Origin: Eledone cirrhosa
Taxonomy: Eukaryota
Assembly (NCBI GenBank): GCA_964016885.1
Contig: OZ024740.1
Span: 366,172,001 to 366,236,000 of the forward strand
Length of the DNA: 64,000 nucleotides
Direction: 5' to 3'
Position 1 is the first letter of the stretch, and every line of letters starts with the position of its first letter. Shown here one piece after another: positions 34,640-45,800 of the stretch. The position numbers and the translations under genes were made by a program. Under the pieces are notes generated by a model. It was not told the origin of the DNA. It did not search any database and saw only the letters and a list, made by a program, of their open reading frames with translations.

Positions 34640-35286
34640 GCATTTATCTTGCTTTATGTTCATACGAGTTATCACCAAGTCACAACCAGTGACCTCAAGA
34701 GACAACAAGGTCCGCCATGTTCAAGAAAGAACATACATACTCACACATGCATCTTTAGTGTTTAGACTTGTGATGTACTTATATTGACAGAATCTTCCTT
34801 AGTATATGGGCAGTTCCCATTAGTACTATCTTTTGTATTTCTCCTATACACGGGTTACCTGGGATTTGCGATAAGTAATCATTAGACCCCTTAGGTATCA
34901 TTCCCAGAGCGCCTACAACCACTGGTATTGTTTTAGTTCTCAATTTCCACATTTTTCCAATTTCTATCTCCAGGTCCTTATACTTGCTCAATTTTTCAAA
35001 TGTTTTTATAGATACATTCTTGTCTATTGGAACAGACATATCAATTAGCAGGCATACCCGCTTTTTAAAGTCCTTCAATATTATATCAGGTCTATTTGCA
35101 TCTATTTTTCGGTCTGTTTGGATGCTAAAGTTCCACAAGATTGAGATGTGATCTTTTTCAAGTATGGGAGGTGGTTGATGCTCCCACCAATTCTTTTGAT
35201 GGGGCAGGTCAAAATGCTTACACATTATCCAATGTATGTATTGTGCAGCTCTGTCATGCCTGTTTAGGTATTCGGTTGGAGCTATA
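34640..35286 (-). mobile_element. Dong/R4 family B 3' fragment
   Basis: RLE domain nearly identical to 40784-41428. Confidence 0.93.
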
Positions 35287-38200
35287 GGGTTTTTGTACCC
35301 AATATTTATTTTAAACAAAAAAAAAAAACAACATGGCTACGAAAAAGAAATTTCATAGGTCACTCCCACTCATTCCGTCTTCTTCTTCCTCAATCATCAC
35401 TACAGCAGAGAGAAGATTGTCTCTCTCCCTCCCTTCTTTAAATGTGTCTCTCTCCCTCCCTTCTCTTTCGCAAGCGACGAAAGAAAAGAAAAGTCTCGTG
35501 CAAAACGTGCAAGGTTTCTCCACGACGACGACGACAGCGACGAAACAGGTGTGCGGGAAATACGAAAACCCAGTTCATTCGTCTGACGTCAGGAATAATA
35601 GCAGTAGCAGCCGTAATAACAACAGCAACAGTGACAATGAAAACAACAGTAGCAGCCGCAACAGCATCACCAGCAGCATAAACAACAACAGCATTAGCAG
35701 CAGCAACACCAACAACAACCACAGCAACAGCGGCGGAGGCAGTAGTCGTAGTACCTGCAGCAACAACAAAAGTAACAGCATCTCTGACGACAACAACAAC
35801 AACAGCAGCAAAGAAAAACCAATCTCATTTGCAGGTATTGCGAAAAACTTGGAAACAATCCTCATAACAAATGAGGAATTAGCGAAAGCGAAGAAGATGG
35901 TGACAAAGAATGGACACCGAGCAATCTGCAAGGCAGCGGAAACATTTTTCGAAGCCCAAGAGCACTGTACGGTCACGTACCGTACAGTAAGTACAAAATC
36001 CCGTAGGGTGGAAAGAGCCACAGAGGCCCAAATACAAAAAGCCTTGGGGTCTGTGTGGCAGCGGAAAACGCACATCACCCGAGGCAAAAAATATGCCACC
36101 GTAGACGTACTTTTTGCCACACCCCAGGAGGCAAAGGCCCAATCCGTAGTGACCCTAAGGAGCGAGGAAATGGTGTTGGTGCCCTCCTACTGCGGGCAAA
36201 AAATTGTGAGGGTCAAACTGACCCACGTCCCCCCCCCCGGAATGACCCCTTCTTGGCTGGCCGCGTCTGTCCTCGTTGGAATCGAGGACAAAACAACTGT
36301 ACTGCAAGTACAGAAAGAAGTAAGCTTCTTCAGAAAAAAGTCGGCTCCTCCATTGAGATGCTAATCCAAACCAACCAGGAGTGCATCGAAGCTATCCCGG
36401 ATGTGATAGACTTCGATAACGGCACTCAACTGCCCATAAGTGTTGAGGGCAAACGCCCGAAATGCTTTCGCTGTGGATCGAAGACTCACCTCAGGGCCTT
36501 CTGCAACGAGAAGACCCTGAGAAAGGAGAAAACCCCCCTCCTTCCGAATCCGGCTCCACGGCTACCAGCAACAGGACAAGCGGCAACCAGGAACGATAGG
36601 TCCGTGGCACCCATACCCACGCCACGGAAATCAAAAACAGCAGCAGCAGTGGAAATATTAACAACAACAACAGCAATACCAAATGCAGCTGCAACAGAGA
36701 CTCCAGTGCAAACATCACCAACAACAACAAGTGAAAGAGTGGAGCTGGTACCCCTCCCCGACCTCACAGAATCAGACATGGAGTGTGAGGTGGGAGAGGG
36801 ATGGCAAAAGGTCGCAAGAAGGCACAAACGCAGAAGCAGCGCATCGTCGCCTTTGAAAAGGGAGGAAAGAAATGAGAAAAGGGTAAAGTCTACTGCAAAG
36901 AGACCCACAGCAGCAACACCACCAACACCATCACCACCCACACCAGCACCACCATCACCACCGGCGACAACCCCACCGCCAACAACACCTTCAACACCAC
37001 CACCACAAGCACCAACATCGCAAACACAACAACAAAACACACACACCCAGCAACAACGACAAGAAAATAGCAGAACCACACCCCACCCCCAGAAAAACAA
37101 ATGCACGGCAATAAACACACACAACAAGAAACTAATGACTTACATAATTGAACACACAGACATTTCACAACAGGACTACATAATACCAGCACCAATCAAA
37201 ACGCCAACTAACATAAGACTGCTAAAAATAGCACAGAAACAATACACAAACATTAAAACGAAATTCCCCAACGCAGTTGGTGATTTCAGGGACCTAGGAG
37301 GAACCATCAATCGAAGAGTATATTCAGACATTCTCTTAGAAGAGCCGACGACCAGCCGAAGGGACGATTCAACGGTCCCTTCACCAGACGATCAAGTGAA
37401 AAGGGATGTAAAAACCATCCCTCCTCTACCAAAAGTACGGTAAGTGGTCTTTCCCATCTTTTCCACTCTATTTTAAACATGACCTCACTCAGAATAGGCA
37501 GCATAAATGCGCGTGGCTTGGGGTCGTCATGGAAGCAGGGTCACCTGCTCAACGACCTCAGGTCACTAAACATAGATGTAGTGGCCATCAGCGAGACCAG
37601 AATCTCCGAAGCACGGGCCTTCGCACCGATCTTTGGCGGCTACGATGTGTACGCATCTCCCAGCCGTCCTGGATCGGGGGGAGGAGTTGCTGTGTTTTTT
37701 CGGAGAGGTTTGGATCTCGCCATACGGGCCATCTTCCTGGACCCAGAGGGTAAGCTGGTGGTGCTGGACGTAACCAGCGGAGACGGGCAAGCTTTCAGGC
37801 TAGTGGCCGTCTATGCCCCGACAGGAGCAGGGCGGCCTGATTTTTTCCGGCGTCTGGAGACCTTTCTTAGAACGTCCCGCTCTTTAGTGTTAGTGGGCGA
37901 TTGGAACGGGATCTTAGATGCACGCTGGGACTGTGTGGGATTAGCGGATAGGGGTGGAGGGTACAAGAGCCTCACCAACCTGCTCAGGCGTTTTGAACTG
38001 TCTGACAGGTACCGATTGGATTTCCCGAATGTGCCAATGTGGACTTGGACAAATCGCATAGGGTCATCCAGATCATTTCTAGATAGAGTATTTTGTAGGG
38101 AAATAGATAGGTCTAGCATAGGCTGTCCACAATTCAAGATAGTCAGCTACACGGACCACAAATTCGTGATCTGTGTGCTTGACTTAGATAGGCTTCATAG

Positions 38201-40756
38201 ACGAGGACCCGGCTACTGGAAGCTAAACGCGTCCTTACCAGCGCGCAAGGCCTACAGAGACCGGATTAGCGAACTAGTTAAGCGGGCGTTGACGGGGGCC
38301 ATCGTCAACAACAAGTGGTGGTTTGCTCTGAAAAGAGCGATTAGAATAGAATCCATTAGGTTTAGTAAGGCTTTAGCAATAGAGAAAAATAGAGCAGAGG
38401 GAGAACTAGTTAGAAAATTAGACGAGGCGCTTAGCAAAGGCATTGCGACCGACGTGCTTGCGGCGAAATTGGCCCTTGACCAATTCTTCAATGCAAAGCA
38501 CGAAGGCTGCGTTGTCAGAGCAAGGGTGCGTGCTCTCAGACACGAGGGGACGAAAGCCGTTCAATGGGCCCGAGTGGCGGAGGCGCGTTGTGGCAACAAA
38601 GCCACGATCCGGTCTTTGGTGGACCACGACGGGCACATGGTACTCGATCCCGGGCAAATATGTGAAGCTTTTCAGCGACACTTCACTCAGCTGTTCGGGG
38701 GCAGCGGTGGGCCGGGTCGAGGGATGGACTTTAGTGTCTACCTCGACGGACTGCCGCGGCTCTCGGCCACTGAGGCGAGGTGTTGCGAAAAGCCGATGAC
38801 AGCCGCTGAAGTAAGGGAGGCAATGACTGACTGCACAAGGGGTAAATCGCCTGGTTTGAATGGTCTGCCCTATGAACTTTACGTACAGATGCCAGACTTG
38901 TTCGGAGGCCTCTTGGCGGACGTCTACTGCAACTGGCAACAGAACGGGAGAATTCCCAGTTCTGTGAGCCGAGGAGCGGTGGCACTGCTGAGAAAGGATC
39001 CGAACAAGAGGAATAACATAGATAATTTCCGGCCCATAACTCTGCTAAACACAGAGTTCAAGATTTTGGCCAAGGTGCTAGCAAAGAGGTTGGCGCTTGT
39101 CGTTGGTGGTCTGGTGGGAGAGGCGCAGACATGCGCCATTCCCGACAGATCCATCCACGACAACCTCCACCTCATGCGATACATCGTAGAGAGGGTAGCT
39201 AGGGAACCTGGCACGGGTGGGTCCTTGATCAATTTAGATCAGTCGAAAGCTTTCGATAGGGTCGACCATCGTTACCACGCAGCAGTCCTGAGGGCGGCTG
39301 GCTTTGGGCCCGTCTTCAGAGGCTGGATCGCTGCCATGCACAGCGACATCTGCTCTGTGGTGAGAGTGAACCGTTCAACATCATGCGCTCGGTCCGCCAA
39401 GGATGTCCCCTCTCGTCCCTCTTGTACGTATTGACTCTCGAGCCATTACTGCACAAACTGGAAGCGGTGACAGGAGCAATGATCAACCAGGAAAAGTCAG
39501 TGGGCTTGCAGCTCGGCACCTGGAGAGGCAGGTCCATGCCGTCCAACAGCGTCGTCGGACGCTGGACGGACGGAGCGGTTAAATTGCTAGGGGTCTGGTT
39601 CGGTCCGGACCTCCAGACGGACAAAAACTGGGACGAGGTGACGAGCAGGGTGGCTTCTCTTACCCAGAAATGGGCGGAGAGGAAGATATCCCTGAAAGGT
39701 CGAGCGGAGGTGGCTAACGCGTACATCGCGTTTGTCATCTGCTACCGCCTGACCGTCGTACCTTGTCCTAAGCCTCGCCTGACTGCGCTGGAGCGTTTGC
39801 TCTTTCGCTTTTTGTGGAAGGGACGCGCTCCGATGGTCAGGCGGTCCATCTGTTGTCAACACCCGCTACGTGGAGGGCTGGGAATGCCGTGGCTGATGAT
39901 GCGCAGGCACGCGCTCAGGCTACGACATCTCCACCTCTTCCTCGACGGTGATCAGGTGTGGTCGCCGTTTGCTAGACACGTATTTCCCCAGCTCGTTTCC
40001 TTGACGGAGCTGCAGTCCTGGGTCAAGCGAAGACCGAGAGGGAGCGCCTGGAGACTGGAATGTCTTCAGGCGCTCACAGCCCTCGACCAATCGGGAAATG
40101 TGATCGGTGGACGAAACCATCCTGCACGCACTCGTCCAGTGTCCGAGCATTGCTGACTTGTGGGTTTATGTCGAACACCTGCTGTCATGTGTAGGACGGA
40201 TCGGGCTATCATCTGAGTTCATCGTGAGGATTGCCCCGCCCTCTTCCTTTAGCCGGGAAGGGCAGGCAGTTTTTATCTGTCTGGTGGCCATGGCGAAAGA
40301 GATAGTATGGTGGACACGTTTGAAAGGGCTGAAGACGAGCGCTTACCTCTTCGGTGATGCCCTGATTAACTTTTTCAAATTTCATTTGAAAAGGAAAATC
40401 AGCGTAGAGAGGGAAGTGCTCTCTTCCCAGCATTTTGTTGAAAGATGGGTGAGAGAAGCAAGTATGGCCCGAATGAATGGGCCTACTCTGAGTACGTATC
40501 TGTAAATTAAAGGTGGAAAACTGGGAGAGGGCACTTGCCTTGGTGGTCAGGCTCACTGTGGCCTTTTGCTGGGCTTTCTCCACAAATGTCCCTCCGAAGT
40601 CTCCCCCCTATTGGGGAATTTTTCATTGTTATTATTTTGTTACATCCTCTGTTTTTGTTTTTTACGCGCAGAAATGCCCATTTGTACCGTCCTGTATTTT
40701 CCTGTACTGTCCTTAATGTCTACTTTATGTAAACCCTTGTGGTTAATAAAGAAAAC
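35287..40756 (+). mobile_element. Tx1-type LINE copy 2 (5' UTR clipped, frameshifts, internal deletions)
   Basis: ORF1 split (35333-36364, 36055-37443); ORF2 split (37479-39434, 39383-40156, 40107-40505). Confidence 0.96.
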
Positions 40757-40783
40757 ATTATCATTATTATTACTATTATTATT

Positions 40784-43700
40784 GCATTTATCTTGCTTTA
40801 TGTTCATACAAGTTATCACCAAGTCACAACCAGTGACCTCAAGAGACAACAAGGTCCGCCATGTTCAAGAAAGAACATACATATTCACACATGCATCTTT
40901 AGTGTTTAGACTTGTGATGTACTTATATTGACAGAATCTTCCTTAGTATATGGGCAGTTCCCATTAGTACTATCTTTTGTATTTCTCCTATACGCGGGTT
41001 TCCTGGGATTTGCGATATGTAATCATTAGACCCCTTAGGTATCATTCCCAGAGCGCCTACAACCACTGGTATTGTTTTAGTTCTCAATTTCCACTTTTTT
41101 CCAATTTCTATCTCCAGGTCCTTATACTTGCTCAATTTTTCAAATGTTTTTATAGATACATTCTTGTCTATTGGAACAGACATATCAATTAGCAGGCATA
41201 CCCTCTTTTGAAAGTCCTTCAATATTATATCAGGTCTATTTGCATCTATTTTTCGGTCTGTTTGGATGCTAAAGTTCCACAAGATTGAGATGTGATCTTT
41301 TTCAAGTATGGGAGGTGGTTGATGCTCCCACCAATTCTTTTGATGGGGCAGGTCAAAATGCTTACACATTATCCAATGTATGTATTGTGCAGCTCTGTCA
41401 TGCCTGTTTAGGTATTCGGTTGGAGATACAGGACTGCACATTGAAATTATATGGTCACTTTTCTCTGGTTGTTTTTTGCATACACGGCATAATGGGCTGC
41501 ACCCATTTTTTATTATGTTGGCTTGGTAATTTTTTGTTGGCAGACACTGATCTTGTGCTGATATAATCAGTCCTTCAGTCTCCGATTTCAGTCCAGAGGA
41601 TGCCAACCACTGATGGGTTAAAGTTTTGTCAACATCAGGATTGTTAGCTCGCTCTGGGTATTTTCCATACAGAGGCTTTTCTTGCCATTTCTTAGCCAGT
41701 TTCTGTAGCAGTTCTTTCTTTGCAGTTACTTTTACCTGCTTTGCTTTTTCTGTGTTTTCCATTTCAGCAGTAAATGGGACTTCTGAAATTTGTAGTCCAT
41801 TACTGTATCTTTGTGCATCTTTTGTAATGGAATATGATCTTTTGATGCTTTCGTGTTTCAAAACGAGTTTGATCATCCAATCATGTGATTCCCTTAGATA
41901 TGTAGATAATCCAATTGTTGCAGTTTTCAACGCAATGTCTAACTGGATTAACCCACGTCCTCCTTCTTTCCTAGGGAGATATATTCTATCTATATCTGCC
42001 TTAGGGTGATGCATTCTGTGCATGGTTAAGAATTTTCGAATTTTTGTATCGAGCCTACGGATCTCTGTGCTTGACCAGTTGATGACATTGTAACTGTAGG
42101 TTACTACTGGTATGGCAAGCGTGTTTATGGCATCGATCCTATTCCTTGCATTCAATTCCGTTCTCAAGATTGCTCTTACTCTGCGGTAACATTCCTTCCT
42201 TATCCTTTCCCTCATTGTCGAGTGCTTGATTCCGTCTCCTTCACAAACACCTAGATATTTGTAAGTTTTTTCTTGATCAAGTTCTCTTATCACGTTCCCC
42301 CGATCAAGATTAATGTCTGAACTCTTCAGCAGCTTTCCTCTGGTGAACGTTGCTTTGGCGCATTTATCTAGTCCAAACTCCATTTTAATGTCATCACTGA
42401 ACTGCTCCACAGTGGATAATAGCCCTTGCAATTGTTCATCATTTTTTGCAAATAGTTTCAGGTCATCCATGTAGAACAGGTGATTAATGGTTTTGTCATA
42501 GACTTTATATCCATGTTTTGTTTCATTGAGCATTTTACTTAATGGTATAAGTGCGATGCAGAATAAAAGCGGTGATAAAGAGTCACCCTGAAAAATTCCA
42601 CAATTAATATTAACTTCTCCAGCTTCCAGTGATTTTGTTTCACTATTCAAAAGGAGTGTCGTTTTCCATGTCTTCATACTGAATGACAAAAACCTCCTGA
42701 CAACGGGGGATATTTTGAAAATCTCTAAACATTTTTCAATCCAACTGTGTGGCAAACTATCGAATGCTTTTTTATAATCTATCCAAGCAATTGATAGATT
42801 ATTGTGTCTATTATGACAATCTTCCAGTATCATTTTGTTAACCAGAAGCTGATCCTTACAGCCATATGAGCCTCGTTTACACCCTTTCTGCTCAATGGGA
42901 AATAGGTCATTTGTTATCAGGTGGTCATATGTGTATTCAGTTAGGACTGATGTTAAAATTTTATACATTGTGGTCAAGCAAGTTATCGGTCTGTAATTTT
43001 TGGGACTGTTTGTCTCATCATTCTTCGGAAGCAGGAATGTAATGCCGTTAACTAGCCATGATGGTATCTTTTCTGGCTCCTTAACTATTTCATTGTAAAG
43101 TTGGGCTAACAGCTCATGAGACTCTGTGAAGGCATTTATCCAAAAGTTTTGTATTTTGTCTTTTCCTGGGGATTTCCATTTGCTGGTTTTTCTTAGAGCC
43201 AAGCGCAACTGTTCAACTGTTATATTTTCCCATATTTGTTCCTCAAGGTGAGCTGTATCTTTCATTTGTCTGTCTATCCATGGGGCATGTATGTTATGAA
43301 CTTTTTCTTCGGCCCAGATCTTTTCCCAGAATTCTTGCACTTCCTCCTTGGGTGGTATTGATTTAGCAGTTATTGTTGACTTACCAATTTTTCTGTAGAA
43401 GTTTCTTTGGTTGTTTTTGAACATATTATTGTCCTTATAGAATCTAGATCGTTTTTCAAAGCGCCTTATACGAGCAGCTTTGGCCGACACTTTTTGCTTG
43501 ATTATTTCTATCAGCATGTCTATGTCACATGTTGATTTTATACTGTACTTTTTTCTCAATTTTCTAAGTTTAGTTTGTTTAACATGTTCACCTACTTTAT
43601 AGTTTGTTAAAATTTCTATGTCAGATCGGAGAAGGTTTATTTGGCGATTGATGTTCTCTTGCCAAGTAGATTTATTGTGGGAATTCCTTTGTTTTTTCAT

Positions 43701-44735
43701 CTTCACTCCACATAAGTGAGTGGTGACTTTAGCCGATGCATAATAGAGATAATTTAAATCAGTAATGTTTAGTTTGTTTGTGATGATAATGTTTTTGAGA
43801 ATTATGTTAGTCTTGTGTATTATCTTTTGGTTCTGTTTGGAGTTCTGGATCTTAGGGAGGGTGTCTCGTTGCCCCATGTCAGATTCTTTCATTTTCATCC
43901 ATTCGATCATAATTTCATCCTTCAAGTTGGCAAGTTCATTCTCATTCATTTCTTTATCATTTACGATCTCATTATTTTCATTTGGAGTTTCATCCTGAGC
44001 ATGCACTCCCTCCACTTTTTCGATCCTTTCTTTAATTTGTTCTGTTGCCAGTGATTCCGCCCCCACTCTGGGATTCGAAGTGTTACAGTTTACCTCGTTT
44101 TCACTGACACATGTTTCATTTTCCCACCGCTGACTTTGTGCTAATAGCTTGATCTGATCAATTTCTATATCAGTTAGTAACTTTTTTCTTACAATATTTC
44201 TTCGTATATTGGCTAGTTTGTTACTGTCAATATAGCCTCTGTTTTCGGGATGTTTCTTTTTCCAGTTGATATATGTCTGTTCTGTATTCGATGTATTTGA
44301 TGGGTAGTACATGGCAGTGTAGAAAGCCTCAAGGACTTCTTTATTATCTTCCCTTGACCATTTTTCTCTCTTTTTCTTTGGATTTCTTGGCGGTGAGCAT
44401 GGAGGGCCAACAGTAGGAGTATTCCGGTTATGGGAGGTCTCCAGCTCCGAAGTGATGGGAAGGTTTGAACCATTAGCTGATTTTTCGACCCCAGTCTGGT
44501 TCCTCTCTGAAGGACGCGGCCCTTTTTTACCCGGGTGACGGCCGATCCGGTATGAGATTTTATCATTAGACATTTACTTTATGTTGTCGCGTTTTATCCT
44601 TATCCGCCAAGGGGTAATCATTTCGTGTTACCACTTCTAGAACGAGTGTCAACCAAGACTAAAGAGGTCGTTCTCCCCTAGAGACACGGCTATTCCCCGC
44701 CGGCCGCCATCCCGGTATTTCTTGGTCACGGGGTT
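40784..44735 (-). mobile_element. Apparently full-length Dong/R4 family B element
   Basis: ~160-nt structured 5' UTR, single long ORF, 3' UTR and (TAA)n tail. Confidence 0.95.
40923..44573 (-). CDS. Dong/R4 family B protein: Myb-like N-terminus, RT, CCHC, RLE; 1216 aa
   Basis: KWSREDN..Y..W..HP..LAN.RR.I..K.LL..EI; DYKKAFD; QGDSLSP; YMDD; CRVCKKQPEKSDHIISMC; RHD; RPDIILKD; KLSKYKDL. Confidence 0.96.
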   Translation of the reverse strand: MSNDKISYRIGRHPGKKGPRPSERNQTGVEKSANGSNLPITSELETSHNRNTPTVGPPCSPPRNPKKKREKWSREDNKEVLEAFYTAMYYPSNTSNTEQTYINWKKKHPENRGYIDSNKLANIRRNIVRKKLLTDIEIDQIKLLAQSQRWENETCVSENEVNCNTSNPRVGAESLATEQIKERIEKVEGVHAQDETPNENNEIVNDKEMNENELANLKDEIMIEWMKMKESDMGQRDTLPKIQNSKQNQKIIHKTNIILKNIIITNKLNITDLNYLYYASAKVTTHLCGVKMKKQRNSHNKSTWQENINRQINLLRSDIEILTNYKVGEHVKQTKLRKLRKKYSIKSTCDIDMLIEIIKQKVSAKAARIRRFEKRSRFYKDNNMFKNNQRNFYRKIGKSTITAKSIPPKEEVQEFWEKIWAEEKVHNIHAPWIDRQMKDTAHLEEQIWENITVEQLRLALRKTSKWKSPGKDKIQNFWINAFTESHELLAQLYNEIVKEPEKIPSWLVNGITFLLPKNDETNSPKNYRPITCLTTMYKILTSVLTEYTYDHLITNDLFPIEQKGCKRGSYGCKDQLLVNKMILEDCHNRHNNLSIAWIDYKKAFDSLPHSWIEKCLEIFKISPVVRRFLSFSMKTWKTTLLLNSETKSLEAGEVNINCGIFQGDSLSPLLFCIALIPLSKMLNETKHGYKVYDKTINHLFYMDDLKLFAKNDEQLQGLLSTVEQFSDDIKMEFGLDKCAKATFTRGKLLKSSDINLDRGNVIRELDQEKTYKYLGVCEGDGIKHSTMRERIRKECYRRVRAILRTELNARNRIDAINTLAIPVVTYSYNVINWSSTEIRRLDTKIRKFLTMHRMHHPKADIDRIYLPRKEGGRGLIQLDIALKTATIGLSTYLRESHDWMIKLVLKHESIKRSYSITKDAQRYSNGLQISEVPFTAEMENTEKAKQVKVTAKKELLQKLAKKWQEKPLYGKYPERANNPDVDKTLTHQWLASSGLKSETEGLIISAQDQCLPTKNYQANIIKNGCSPLCRVCKKQPEKSDHIISMCSPVSPTEYLNRHDRAAQYIHWIMCKHFDLPHQKNWWEHQPPPILEKDHISILWNFSIQTDRKIDANRPDIILKDFQKRVCLLIDMSVPIDKNVSIKTFEKLSKYKDLEIEIGKKWKLRTKTIPVVVGALGMIPKGSNDYISQIPGNPRIGEIQKIVLMGTAHILRKILSI

Positions 44736-45747
44736 TTCTTTTTGTTTTTTTTTTTAAATTGTTATTATCATGAGTGGTTCCTTAATGTGAGCATTGCGTG
44801 GCTTAAGAATGAAATTATTAATAACTGTCTCCACTCCAGGCACAAGGCCAGCAATCACCCAGTGCATTACAATAATATAATATACTTTTTGTTGTAGTTG
44901 GCTGTTATTGTTGTTGGCTATGTCGGTGGTGGTGCCGGGGCTTTTTATATTGTTGGTGAGGAAGGGGTGAGCCAGCAGTCCCATAGTTGTTGATGTTGAC
45001 GTTTGGCCGGTGGCCAGGTCACTAAGTCAATCTATTTATATCTTTTGCTAGCCTCTCCCTTGTCTAGTGATACCGCCACCTTCCCCTTTCTCTCTCAAGT
45101 TAACAGGGGAATAGTGGTGGTAGCAATGAAGGAGTGGTGGCGGCGGCGATGGGATAGTGGTAGCAGTGATGGATGGGGTGGGGTGGTGGCAGCGGTGGCG
45201 TTGTGGTTACTGATATGTAGTATCTATGAGTTTGTGTTCGTATGTTTAATATATATTTTTATTATATATTGTGTTGACATATTCCCGTAAAATTGGAATT
45301 AAACATTTTGTGAAAATTTGAGACAATAATAATAGTAATTATTATTATGATGCTGGGATTGATGGTGGTGGTGGTGAAATTGCCGTTATCTGGCTGTTAT
45401 ATTTAGTGTGATGGGATAGGTGGTGTATCAAGTTTCTGGTGTTGGTGAAATTGCTGTTATTTGGCTGTTCTATATAGTGTAGACAGAGGGTGTTTTCTTC
45501 CATTTATAACCATTTTCTTTTTTTGAATACAAAATATATAATACAAAATTGAATATTTGAGCGATACAACAATATAATATGGATCCGAAACTTTATGGGA
45601 CCTCATTCGGTGGTTTATGCAACATTTGTACTAAGAATTGTTATTTCACAATTGATTTAAATATGTTAAAAATCAAAAACTTATTATTATTATTAAAATC
45701 AAAAACTTATTATTATTATTAAAAATCAAAAATCAAAAATCAAAAAC

Positions 45748-45800
<53 letters not shown>

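Noticed and set aside
34640-41428. Dong-B direct repeats as LTRs or a giant TSD around Tx1 copy 2
   Set aside because: The repeats are LINE 3' ends with multiple differences and no PBS/PPT; independent insertions explain them better.
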